A stretch of 64,000 nucleotides of DNA. It comes from Tubiluchus corallicola (taxonomy: Eukaryota; Animalia; Priapulida). The notes below the pieces were generated by a model. That model saw only the letters and a program-made list of their open reading frames with translations. It did no database searches and was not told where the DNA came from. The DNA is taken from the NCBI GenBank assembly GCA_030141605.1, contig JAQGDQ010000047.1, positions 62,001-126,000 on the forward strand. Reading direction: 5' to 3'. Numbering within the stretch: position 1 is the stretch's first letter; the number at the start of each line of letters is the position of its first letter. Positions 14,574 through 27,150 of the stretch are shown here, piece after piece. The position numbers and the translations under genes are program-made.

Positions 14574-14596
14574 TGGAAGATCTGTGAAAGCAACAC
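14574..14596 (-). CDS. RANBP9/10: RanBP9/10 exon 4, 23-nt micro-exon (G-VAFTDLP)
   Basis: TTTTTTCTTTGCAG|GTGTTGCTTTCACAGATCTTCCA|GTAAGT. It is needed to bridge phase 1 to phase 0 and matches the family motif G(I/V)AFTDLP. Confidence 0.9.
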
Positions 14597-15470
14597 CTGC
14601 AAAGAAAAAAGTTGCAAAATTACTTTTAAATTTAATTTATTTAGAACAATTGCTTTACACTAACTGCAACCATGATGGTAATGCATAGTATCATTGATAT
14701 TCTGCATAACCTGCAATACATACATCATGTGCAAAATGTACAAATTTTACATTTATATTTATAATGATAAAATATCTGTTGTTTTGGTATTTAAGGAAAA
14801 CAACCGAGAAACAAATTAATAAGAAATAATCTCACAATTCGTATAAAATGTTTTGTTTAAGCATAGCCCAGAGCATTTGTAACAATAATAGGAAATAGTA
14901 CCTCACATGCACATCTCAACCAAATGCCATTAAGTCATGGACTACGCCTGTGAAATACCATAACCATTTAAATTTGATCCTTTTTGGAGGACCAAATTAG
15001 CTGATGCAGAAAATGTTGATATATATATATATATATATATAATCTTTATTTATTTAAAGTGGATTGACAAAACGGTTATGGTTTTGAGTCTCTCGACAAA
15101 GAATCCACGAAGAACAAAGCAAACTTTAAAAAATGTAACTGCAGTACAGGTAATTGCCAACGTGCAATCTATGAGACTTACGACTCTTTGGCTTTACAAC
15201 CCGATTGCAACTTAATTAATTAATTATACAAAACCAACTATAACTCATACTTCCTTCTATTTTCTGTAAACAAAATAACTTTAAAAAACACTATCAGCTT
15301 TAATAAATTTATCGTATACATAGTGCTCGTACACATACAACATCTTGGATGTACAGGCACACCGTTTTAAAATGCATAATTTTTGTCAGAACCAATTGTG
15401 GTCATAAGTCCACTAATACCCATACTGGAAGTCAAAGTTAGAGAACAGTGAAAGAACCTACTGATTTTAC

Positions 15471-15638
15471 CTAAATTGACACCATTCTTTGTGTAAAAAC
15501 AAGTATTGTCAATCAAATTTACTCCGCAGCCAATCACATCGCCAGTTGTGAAAGTCGGGCCATATGGCAAACCAGTACCAGATGAACAAAATGAATGCCC
15601 ATCATCACCATGGTAACCATACGAATGTTTGTCCCATC
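15471..15638 (-). CDS. RANBP9/10: RanBP9/10 exon 3 (SPRY)
   Basis: Acceptor TTTTAG|, encodes [56 protein letters not shown], donor G|GTAAAA. Confidence 0.95.
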
Positions 15639-16152
15639 CTAAAATGAAAACATAACAATAGTTAATTTGATTATTACAGATAAAAAAATAAATTTCCACA
15701 AAGATATTTTATCTGAAAAGCAATGCTAAAGTTAACTGATCTCAAAATAAATGCAAAGGTAAGCCTACTATAATACAATATACAGTGCCATTCACAATGA
15801 AATACAAGCGAGTTGTATAAATTTAATAACAAACTCAATGTATTACAGATGCATTTATACTTCTGGCCTGATCATGCACCACCATACACACAAATAGTTT
15901 CTTTGCACAAAAACATGCCTAACAAGATATTCTAGTATGGTTTTTCAAAATGAAGAAAAGAACAAAAGTACTTAGTAGTTTCCACAATTTCTTCATAACA
16001 AGAAAATATATCAGTATGAAGTGGAAAAGAAGTTCACAAATGACAAATGGACATTAGACACAACAGTTGGTGAAAGGTAGGGTTTTTAAAGAACCTGGTA
16101 GGAGGGAACTGCCGAGGTTTAGTAATAACTTGTAAGCACCTCTTTACCATAC

Positions 16153-16317
16153 CTGGCAACCTGTTTAGGTTTACACCCTGTGCAGATAAGCCAACTCCCA
16201 TGTAGCCATCTCTTCCCTTACTTACAATCTTCACCTCAAAATAGTAAAGACCACATGCAGCTGGAATTGGATGTGTGGCTCTAACACTTGCAGCATCCTT
16301 GTGGGTTTTACCAACAC
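16153..16317 (-). CDS. RANBP9/10: RanBP9/10 exon 2 (SPRY)
   Basis: Acceptor TTGCAG|, encodes [55 protein letters not shown], donor G|GTATGG. Confidence 0.95.
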
Positions 16318-16982
16318 CTGCAATACAAATGGGTTTAATTTATATATAGGCTATCAGAAAATTTTTAAATGTGTGAGTTAAATGTAAAATGTAATATTAC
16401 AACAAAAATAAAACCATTGTTTGCAGTTATGCGGAAAGTCATCCGTAACAGTTCATCAGGAAGTTGGAAAAAGCCTTTAATGCAAAATAAAATATCAGCG
16501 TTTCATTCACATTTGTTTGTGTCAGAAAATTTGGTGGGTTTTACTGATTCAGCAACTTATAACAAAACAGAACAAAATTTGAGCTTAAGTGATCGACCGG
16601 AATAAATATTAGTCTATTTGATACAGGTTTTTTAACTCTTTAGTCATGACTGACTCAAACGAGTTTTTTTACTTATAATTTCATCCGAATCTAAAATTAT
16701 AGATCTTTGTGAGACCGCATCTTATAAATGAATCGAAACTTTATTCAAAAATCTTTAAAATTGAATTCGAATTCGAAAGTCACAGATTCAATTCGATTTC
16801 ACTTTTGGCAGAGAAAGCTTACTCTTACTGAATAATAATGCCCGTACATATAAACAACATATAAAATGCAAGGTAATCTGGAAGGTAAATCTACCATTAA
16901 CAAAATCTGCATTAAGTGCTGAGAGCCAAACTATATAAAAAAGGGGTAAATCAATATGCATAAGTTCTGTTACGGCTAAGAT

Positions 16983-18763
16983 CAGTGGCGTCCCTGGGGT
17001 GTGCGGGCTGCACCGACTTACACCATCCTGGTGGTGACACCATAAATATCACAACTAAATGCATATCATGTATTTTGCTAACAGCATTACTAACAAAATA
17101 CTATGTCCTTCGTTGTTTCTATATTTCGTACACTTTTCCTTTTTACTTATACTTCACACATTTTATACATCCAATTATACAATAGAGTGACCATGTATTT
17201 GCAAAAAGCTAAAAATATCCTCTTGATGCCTTTACATCACACAACCTGAGTGATTTCTGACCTAATCGTGACCTGGGATCTTCTAAACAGTGCTGAATAC
17301 TCGGCTGGCATATTGCCACTTTAAGCATAAAAAGTTATTATATTCTTAAGTTGATGACTATGACCTCAGATAATTTGTGATATGTTATCGCTTTTTGTGC
17401 CTTTCTTTTGTTAATGCCAAAATGAACCTGCTAATTCACTATTACATAGTCTGCATCATCAAAATTTTGTCTACTATGTGTTTTTAGGATAATGACTCTT
17501 CAATGACTTTTAATCTCCAGTATACATCAACGTTCCCCTAATTCTCTTTGTTTATTTAGCAATTACAATGACATGAGCAGGGACTATTTCAGGGGGGAGG
17601 GGGGAAGTGGGGATACTTCCCCGGGGCTTCACCCTCCAGGGGAGCCTCGCACCAAAGGTAACATTTTTTTGCTTTATGCGAACATACTGCCTCCTCTCTC
17701 CCTCTTGCCAGTATTGACAAGTATTAAAGACTGGTCTTGAGAATAAAGCAGTTTTTCTTTCAATTGTTCTTTCCTTTAACAACTGTATAACTCCATATTT
17801 TCTCTACGAAAATGGTTCTCCGGCGTTCTAGCATTTCAAAAATTTTCGGGGCGCCAACCATGGTGGCGCCCGCCCCCCGAGGGGGCCTCACACGCCCCAC
17901 TTCCCCGGGCCTCGCTTAGGCTGAAATAGGCCTTGGATATGAATCACGTAGGTTGGCAGCAAAGGTACATATTTCCATGGATGGCCATTGGCTTCACAAA
18001 AAAATTGATATAATTTTCGCAGTGTCCATAATTAAGCCAAATTACGTTTAAATTAGATTAAAAAATAGTACGGAAGTTATTTCACTTTGGCTTGACGACA
18101 TTAACGAAAAATCAGCATTTCATAGCACTGCCAGGCTGCCAGCACAGTGCAAAAAAGTAGTCAGAATAGTTCGGCGGAATTTAATACCAGCGCTGAAAAG
18201 TAAAATTTGCAAAAACACGAGAGCACGTGCTCACTGACGTTTCTACAAACTTGAACAAAGCTTTTGTCTGGCAGTCGAACGAACGTACAAAGTTCATGAA
18301 CGGGGGATGACTCGCGCATATCGCAAATATAGCCAAGGGCGTAGAGTCATCATGTTATACACTCAAAGTGAATAAGCGCAAAAACAGCAAAGAAATAATA
18401 AACAATTTTCTGCAATCTTTTAGCTGAAATGCACACTACGAGTTGAATGAGGAGAGTGTAATGATGAATTAAAAATACTTGACAACTGTATTCGTGAAAA
18501 CAGAATTGCGGTGTTATTTTTCAGCAACTCTAACATAATGCGCAATACGGACAGCGACAAACATTCAACTCTTGTTGGACTACCTACTTTAAAACTCAAA
18601 TCAAAGCAAATGCTAACCAATTTTGCTGAGTATATAATTATGTAACTCTATCTACGCAAAGGGTTCAAAATCAATAGCTTGTCAATCAATAAAACTGTAA
18701 TGACAGTAATTAAAGTCAAATTAACAAATTAGTAGCAGTTAATTAAGAAATAGTGACACCCTG
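16983..18763 (-). mobile_element. Probable decayed hAT element enclosing the MITE above
   Basis: Ends CAGTGGCGTCCCTG / TAGTGACACCCTG are imperfect TIRs. The minus-strand remnant FKVGSPTRVEC resembles the hAT 'TRW' block. The TSD is not convincing. Confidence 0.35.
17578..17935. mobile_element. hAT-type MITE in RanBP9/10 intron 1
   Basis: TIR CAGGGACTATTTCAG / CTGAAATAGGCCTTG, degenerate 8-bp TSD GACATGAG/GATATGAA, GC-rich subtermini. Confidence 0.7.
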
Positions 18764-19419
18764 GGCTGAAACTACAGGTATACAAATACAGTACTGCGTG
18801 CAAAAAATAGTATAAGAAAAATCAATCTTAATAAGATAAAACAAGCCAGAACTTCATTGTACGCAATAGTGTGCAAAGTTTGCATAACAAATGTACGTAC
18901 ATTCTTTGCTCTCAGCAAAAGTTAACATCATTACATAAAACCATCTGGCAAATCCCTAAAGTAGACGTCCTTGGTTGTAGATGTGTTTAATAGTTAGTTA
19001 ATACAATTGATATTATAAATTTTATAAAGTAGAAAATTGGGGGAGATCACTTCAAGGTTACATGGAAGCAATAAAACCAGAAAATTATTTAAAACAAATT
19101 ACAACTGAGGGGAATTATTTTAAAACTGCATGTACTGGCTCAAATGAATTTAACACTTCTAATGTGAAAACAGGGTCCGTCAAATAATATTCTTCCTCGT
19201 GGTAAGTCAGCAATAAGAATAAACCTAGATACGGTGTTTCCATTTTGAAACAGCATTTTTGAAGTTCTTTATAATAATTTAACCTACATTTTTGCTTCCA
19301 GATAATAATAATAACAATGTTTGTTAAGGACGTAATCCAGGGATAACATCTAAAATAACCACTTATTTCCAAGGTGATCCCGTTTATTTACCCACCCAAT
19401 ACTTCGATAAATCTGTTCC

Positions 19420-19533
19420 TGGTCGAACCGTCAACAGTACTGCTTTTAAGTCTTTGTTATGATTCAGCCGAGAAATGAACCTGCGCTTCCCGGGTGGGAA
19501 GCAGGTGCACTACTAATAAACTATACTACTGGT
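19420..19533 (-). mobile_element. tRNA-derived SINE 5' fragment
   Basis: The reverse complement shows a degenerate A box (TAGTTTATTAG), a tRNA-like arm (CCTGCTTCCCACCCGGG), a B box-like GCAGGTTCATTTCTCG, then CATAACAAAGACTTAAAAGCAGTAC. Confidence 0.45.
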
Positions 19534-21730
19534 AAAATCAGTTTTGTCAAAAAGACTAAGGGATAAATATTTTCCATAATATTTACTAAAAGAGAAATGT
19601 AGCAAATTGAATTAAATGGGCAAAAAAAGACCAAAAGATTTGCATCCAAACTTACTAACAAATTATATAAAACCTCGGCAAAAAATTGGCCGTTTCTGGG
19701 ATTGTATGCTCAACTATAATTTGTTGTCATATAAGCAGATAACCTTGTAGTCTTGTATTTTACTTAGTTATCCACCATAATAACACAAAATTGCTGCTGA
19801 AATTAATCCTACATTACCTACACTGCAGCTATATTATAATTCTAGGTCTAACTCATAATAAGTCTGATCTTGAATAGCAAAAACTACCTTTTGTTGATTA
19901 AAACTGTAAAGAAATAGAAATTCAAGTACTGGTCAGCAAAATAATTTTCTATTGCAACAAGCAAAAAGTTTCTTTTGACGAATGTCGTCAAAGCACATTT
20001 GAACAGTGTGTATTATGTAGACAGATGTAGTTATATTATGGCAATATTATTTTCATGACCATCATCACCAACTTTATACCCTTAATCATCACTTTCATCA
20101 GCATTATTACTCTTAGTCCTTATCAGCACAATTTGGTTACTTAGGACAGTTTTTCATCAAATTTCCAATTGTATGCCCCAATCAAATGCTAAAGCTTTTT
20201 GTTGATCAGAACTGAAAAAGAATGCAACATATAATAAATTTCTTGCAATTATTTAAAGTTTTTAGAAATTAGCCATTTGTCTTCCCTTTGCTAAAACTAA
20301 CCCATGTGTCTATGCAAGTAAAGGCCTTACTTGCAAAGGGAACCCTAAGAGATTCTTAGAAGTGCTAACTGCAGACCTGCCTGGCAAAACGACCCAATTT
20401 GACAAATGCATTTAAAAAATTAAAAGCAATGGTTTATTTATAATAACCTCAACCTCTTGAAATTACCTTGAAAAGATTATCTACTTAATTACCTGTATGT
20501 GGGTCACTAAATTCAGAACAATATGATCTGCGCCACTGGCGCCCCCAAAAAGGTGAAAGTAGCTAGACTGTGTTAAAGAAAAACATGTTTAGCAGTCGCC
20601 TTGCAAGTTTACTTTGTTATACTTTGTTATAGTAGGTTAACGACATCTTCAACAGACCAAAGCAAATGCTCGCAGTTGTGTAATATTTCTGGCAAGGTGC
20701 ACTGCGTCTCCGGGTCTAATACACACAACAAACACACAGTGCACAGTAGACCCTATTGAATATGTATGACTATAACTATGTACCATCATTCCTGTACAGA
20801 ATGTCGTCATACTTTGTGCATTGGCTCACTGACTGATCACAACTCAAAACAGACTATCTCAATCAATGTAGTAAAGCAATCTGAAGAGATTACATAATCC
20901 AAAAAAATGACGAAGCATTAGCAACAAAAATCTGTTGGAAAGTATTACAAGCGACCATTAAGGCTCTGCTAGGAATCTAATGTAGTGGACATACTCGTTG
21001 GAATTCTTACAGTTAAACCACAAATTATATCACTAGAAGATTTCCACATTGCAAAAAAGTGTGATGGAGATTTTCAGAATTAAGGAATGAACAGTCACAA
21101 AACAGAATTAATATATTAACTATTGGCAACCTTTTTTAAGTATACGTATATTCGCATTGTAATCGCCCATGATGTAATGATATGTGAGACGTAACTAATT
21201 GACAAAGACAGTACTAATAGTACACTAATTAAGCCTATCTGGCAGCAACTAGGCTTCTTCTCTAGCTCATTCAATTTTGCTACGGTCAGTTAAATAAAAT
21301 TGCCTTATGAGCTGACAGGAGCTATCAGCAAAGAAAAATATTTTAATAACAAGTAAAAAAATTTCAAATATAAATCTGAAGGCGGGAGGATAATCAAAGT
21401 AAAGCACAGCAGCAGTGTGCCACATGTAGCAAGAAGCCATACTACCAAAACTGGCAGAGGCAGACAGTACTGCTGTTAAACAGTTTAAGCTGTCAAGCTG
21501 TATAGCAGCATACTACTTGATTATGTAATGCTGATTATGCAATGTAGCTTTGATTTATTTGGAATAGTTACAACTATCCCTATATTAACAAATCATTGGT
21601 ACGAACATTATATTATTGCAAAGTAACAGTATATTTAAACACTGAAACACTTACAAACCCAACAATATAAAAATTAAAGTGTATATATGAACTATATATA
21701 AAGTATATAACTAATAAGTGTTAGAAAAAC

Positions 21731-21767
21731 TGTGTGTGTGTGTGTGTGCGCGTGCGTGCGCGTGCGT
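21731..21767. repeat. (TG)n/(CG/TG) alternating purine-pyrimidine tract
   Basis: tgtgtgtgtgtgtgtgtgcgcgtgcgtgcgcgtgcgt. Confidence 0.9.
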
Positions 21768-21849
21768 ATAAGTTTATATGATCAATTCTCCTACATCGCT
21801 AAACAATTCATTAATCAGACCTAAACTCAAAAGTATTTTAAAAATAAAG

Positions 21850-21901
21850 GTCTACAATTCATGTCCATGAACCCAAAAGTCTACAATTCATGTCCATGAA
21901 C
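21850..21901. repeat. Short tandem duplication GTCTACAATTCATGTCCATGAAC x2
   Basis: Read directly from the sequence. Confidence 0.85.
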
Positions 21902-23748
21902 TTAATCAAAGTCAACCCACTTAAAACGCCTTGCTCAATTCTCAGACTGGAAATCTCAGTATAATCTCTCTCAGACTCTTTTCATCCATTCCAGATTGTT
22001 TTCTTCCATTCAAAAACACTGACATTAAAGTTCCTAATATCATTTTCTTATTCTCTGAAATAGAACTAAAATTTGCACAACAGCGTAAGCACGTTTCAGG
22101 TCGTAATTAAATTCCCTGATATACCAAACTTTAGGTTTGGTTACTAGGCTACCAGGTTTAACATGTCAATCATGATTTACAAAGATTTTTTTGAAAAAAT
22201 GGCTTGTCATTACGTCAGTTCACGTGTTCTGTTACTTTTACCTTTTGCAACCAGTTGAACAGTAATTTAAACAATGAAGTTTAATTTTAATAAAATTTTC
22301 CTGAAAAGCACCAGATTTTAGAGCATTGTTATCAGTTCTTTCATCAGTGGCTACAAGCCACATTATTGTTAGTCTGGAAGTTCAGTTACCTGAACATTTT
22401 TAACCTGACGATAACTTAGCCTGCAAATGTCACCAATGAATTTGGAACACAGTATTATAAGGCAAATTATGACATAGTTACTTACAAAAAATGCAAATTA
22501 TGGCACTTTTTTATTTCATTCACCTTTTGATTGACCAAATAAAGAAATGTCTGTCAAATACTACATGCCAGAAAGACTGAAGCACAGCAAACCTACAACT
22601 CTCTATTCCACAACAATATTAAGCAACTTATAAGCATCAGTACTATTTTCTACATGGTTCAGCACTCTGCAAGCCTGTATCCAGTAAATAACACATTAAC
22701 TACTTAGTATTACTTTAATAGTTGTAGCAGGGCTGGAACATCGCTGATCACTAAAGATAATTTCTCTAAGACGAATACAAACTCATATCGCAAGAAGCAA
22801 CCAGACCAACAAAGCAAACTTAAATCCATAATGCAGTGATTGAATGTATTTGGATATAAATTATAGTACAGTTTAAAGCGTGACACGGAAAAAGCACCAA
22901 TAGATCAAAAACACTAGGCCTATGGATTTTAAAAACTAAAAGTAACTAACAACTGTTGTTAAAATTTAATCTGTGCCTCAAATCACTACAACTTCAATGT
23001 GTTAGCAAAAGGCTGTGCACAGCAATCAACACCTTTTACATCAGTTCATGCAAATTTACGAACCTGCAGCTGAATGAAAACCAACCATTTTGCCAATAGA
23101 GATTTGAGACTTGTTATTAAAACCCTGTTGGAAGTAAGAACTCTCCCAGAAAGCATTGTAGGCAATATCATAACCATATTTATCGGATAACACAAGTTGC
23201 AAAACAGTTGCAATGACACAAAATTTTCAGTACCAAGTATCAACTCTACATTATCAAACTACTAGAAGAAGTTAAGCCCTGATGTTTCTGGAATTATCAA
23301 GCCTTGCACATGTGAACTGTATACTGACAGTTCTAAATAAAACATTGCACTAAATGTGAATAACTGAAAGCAGCACACTACTATAGTGACATAGCAAAAT
23401 GCATTCCCCACTTCAAAAAGGGAGACTTGCACTTGTTATGTCTTGTTTAGACGTAGAAAGTAACATACACCTTACACAAATTTATTTCTCTTTCCTTATT
23501 GAACAAGATTTCCATATCTAAGGTAACCAAAAGTCAAAGCAAAAATCAATAACGCACATAATGTATCACAAAAACTAACTACTCTGCAGGCACATTAATG
23601 TTTTAAGAAGCTGCATTTTTACATTTTAACAAATCGCATACGATGAAAAAAAATTCGCTTCTTAAAAGGCAACATACGCATCAAAATGTCACAACCAGAT
23701 CTCATTGGCAGCTCACTTTTATTAAACTAAGAAGATCAAAACCCAAAC

Positions 23749-23962
23749 CTTTGTAATGAACTCGGAGATTATTCTGGGAGAGTCCAATGAAGTTGTATTT
23801 GTCTTTTGCACTCCAAGAGCGTGGCAAAGAAGCCTCTTCTTCGTTTACTGCAGGATAAAGCTGTTTCAATCTGTCCCCTGAAATCTGTGCGCCATAAACA
23901 GTTTTTGTGTTTGAGGAACTCATACTCATATCGCTCGACACAGCGGACACCGCCATGTTCAT
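23749..23962 (-). CDS. RANBP9/10: RanBP9/10 coding exon 1 (MNMAVSAV...NLRVHYK-G)
   Basis: ATG at 23962 (or 23956). Encodes [41 protein letters not shown]. Donor G|GTTTGG, phase 1. Confidence 0.9.
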
Positions 23963-24242
23963 TTTGATAATTTGCTTCTTTCATGTATTGGCTCCACCTA
24001 TTGACAGATATGTAATCAAAATTTTTTACTCCTGGCACCTATCGTGATAGTCCGCAACGATTTTTCAGCACTAAAAGTAAATAAAAATTTGTTGCAATTG
24101 TGATTATGCTTACTATTATGGTGACTTGAAGACTTGCCAACTCTCACGCATTTTAAATCTTCTACACGCACATCACCCACAATTAAGTTTACAAATCACC
24201 TCCTTTCCTTTGCTATAAATACCAACCACAACACAATTACAG

Positions 24243-24410
24243 AGAGACAATGGAGTTGGCGCCAAAATTGATTCTACTATCGAAAGAAGGGTGATTCTTA
24301 TACGAGCGGATTTTCACTAGGAAAATGCCGAATCAATTCGGGAAACGCGATTTTGATTCTTATATCGAGCTGATTCTTATACGTGTGATTCTTGTAACGA
24401 GAGTCCACTG
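24243..24410. mobile_element. Truncated copy of the same pogo/Tigger MITE, just upstream of RanBP9/10 exon 1
   Basis: Near-identical reverse complement of 37120-37256. Ends ...TAACGAGAGTCCACTG|TA and carries extra GATTCTTATA units. Confidence 0.85.
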
Positions 24411-27150
24411 TAGTAGAACTGTTCTCAGTAAGAGAGTAGTCTTCGTGAGTTTCAAGATGTATATCATACTAAAGTGTACTACAATCATTAAAAATTTTCA
24501 TACCCAAAAAAAGCAAACATTTACTGAGGCAATTCCTCCTGGCCCCTGCCAGGAGCGAGATGATGCCTCGTCTTTCTGTGTTTCATACTCATTTTTATAA
24601 AATATTGTTGGCCGATTTGGGTTACTTGACTAGCAAAATAGCAAACTGCCAAATTTTCTAATATTTGGACTTTTTTTACTGCTGACACCTATCATTATTC
24701 TGCATATACGTACTGGCCTAACAATTTTTGTTATAACACAATACTTGTGAAAATGGTAATTTAATACCTAGACACACCCCAACACTCAACTCAGACATTT
24801 CACCTTATAAAGCAATGGGAGCGTAATGTCCATAAGTGACTTCATATATTAAACACTTGTTCCCTACACCAGCAACAATACAGGACAAGACAACAAAGAC
24901 ATCCATTTCTAATAAATAGTACTCGAATGGAGTGGCTTTTCGTTAAATTATTATTCTTATTATGAAACATCAAGTTTGCAAATTCGACACAACTTTTTGT
25001 TTAAGAGCAGTTATCATCATCATCAGGCTGTATTTAAAGAAAAAAAGGAAACGAAGGAAAGAAAGTCAACAAAACAGGCATAAGAAAAAGGAAGAAAAGC
25101 GAGAAAACATCTAAGAATATTTTACTCAGAATAAGATACATGCAGCCCAGGTATTGAGAAGGGGTGTACATGCTAATAGAAAAATCCTGACTCTGCTTTG
25201 GGTAAATGAAATTCCAGTTAACAGGCCCATCAAGCGTATTGTTTGTCTTAATAATAACTCCTATGAATTAATCATTTTATGATCTTAATTGCCTTCAACA
25301 TTTAGCACTTTAACTGCACATTTTGTGCACTTTAAGAAATTCTGGTGTGTTTTTACATCAGTGCAACTTGCTTCTGTAACATTAATTAATACAAAAACAT
25401 AGATGTGAACCCATTTGCTGCATAAACAAACAATAGATTGTTTCTTATTAATTTACAAACTAGTTCAAATTTTATAAATATTAGTATTTACACAGGTAGC
25501 AAAAATCAGACTCAGATTCAATCGCACTAACAAAACTGAAATTATTTTTATTTGCAAATAAAAACAACCACCATTCAATTTCAACTAACTACCTATCATC
25601 TTAACAAGAAAAATTTATTTATTACATGCTGAGGGCCTCAAAGGTTAGTGTTTTACACACATACTTGACTGAGTTTTTGTCCTTAACTGCCAGATAATTA
25701 ATTACTTATATTGCACAGTTTATCAGAGTCAGCTACATCAATCTAGGTACCATGCTAAGCACAATTAATACAGCGTAGAGAATTGAGGAATGTAATAATC
25801 TATATTATCCTAAAATAGCTTTTTAAATGTTAATAAACAACATCGTTTGGATAGTTAAACTCTCGGTAAAGAAATTATAGTTTTTTGTAGGTCACACCTA
25901 TGGCAAAAGAGGTTTGACCTTACCTGGGCTTGCAACTGACAGAGATAACTGCTGCTGTGCAGGCAATGCAGCTGTAGGTATCTACCTACTGTAGAAATGC
26001 TCAACATAAGGCAGCACCTAAATTTTAAATCATTAAAAGAAAACAGGATGATTTTTTATATCCCACCCCATTTTGAAAAGCATTTCTGATAATTAAATAA
26101 TAGGTTAAAAACTTCATTAACGGCAGCTGAGTCCAACTAGTGATGACATCACAACTGACCATAATTTTCAGCAACACAAGAATTCCACGAGTGTGTTGCA
26201 CGTGTTTGCGAAAAAGAAAATTGAAATGCAGTGCTACAGTACAACATTCAGTGTGATACACAAAAACTCGGCAAATTCTAAGTTAAGAATTCAAATTTCA
26301 AGTTCACCTCTGTGCTTGCTGCTCGCGAGTGAGCTCTCGAATGTGAGCACTAGGTCACCAAACGAACAACTCTAAACTGAGAGGTACAGCACGAAATGCA
26401 AGCTCTAGTGCCCATCTAACTAGCCAATGGCAAAATTAATTCAGGTAACAGCAAAGAAATTGCATTTCTCTGGTAATAACACTGTCATGTAGCCATGCTT
26501 GAAAAAATAGTATGTTCCTTTTCAATATTTTATCGGGTAGACCATTTTGAGCTATAATGTAAGATGAGGTCCAGTTTTCCTTTAAACAATGGATGTCCTA
26601 TAAACAATAATGTCTGAATGATCGTTGTTGGAATCAGGTGGAATTATCAGACTTGGGTAATAATTAATGCAGGTAATTACTCGGCTACCCCCTGATGGAA
26701 ACACTAATAAATATAATGCCAACAGCAGCTTAACAATACGTCATTTAAACATGCAGAAAAGTATTGTAGCATACAAAGAACTTGGTAAATAAATTACCAG
26801 AATCTACAAGATAAGTACAGTTTACTACACAACTTTCAGGATGATTTTAACATGCTGCATAGTCACTTTTTCGCATTAAAAAATTATCCAAACAAAACCA
26901 TAATTAGCAATAATGTAATTAGACTACGGCCTAATAAATCTGTCACAGTTCTGTTACAAAGTGTTAATCATTGTGTCACACATAATATTGAGAAAATGTT
27001 TAACAGCTACAAAAATGGTATCCAGACCATGTGCAGATGGTTGCATAACAGTATTATGCAGGTTATCATTCAGGCTCTGTCAACTAGGAGTAAGTGACAT
27101 GTGGGCCAAGCTGTTAAAAAATCATGTGTATCTGACATTATATAACATGT

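Larger units (their letters stand above)
8716..23962 (-). other. RANBP9/10: RanBP9/RanBP10 (RanBPM/Scorpin) gene span, 11 coding exons, about 594 aa: SPRY - LisH - CTLH - CRA
   Basis: Eleven exons joined at GT-AG sites with matching phases give a 1785-nt uninterrupted CDS. Diagnostic motifs are [78 protein letters not shown] and [16 protein letters not shown]. Confidence 0.95.
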
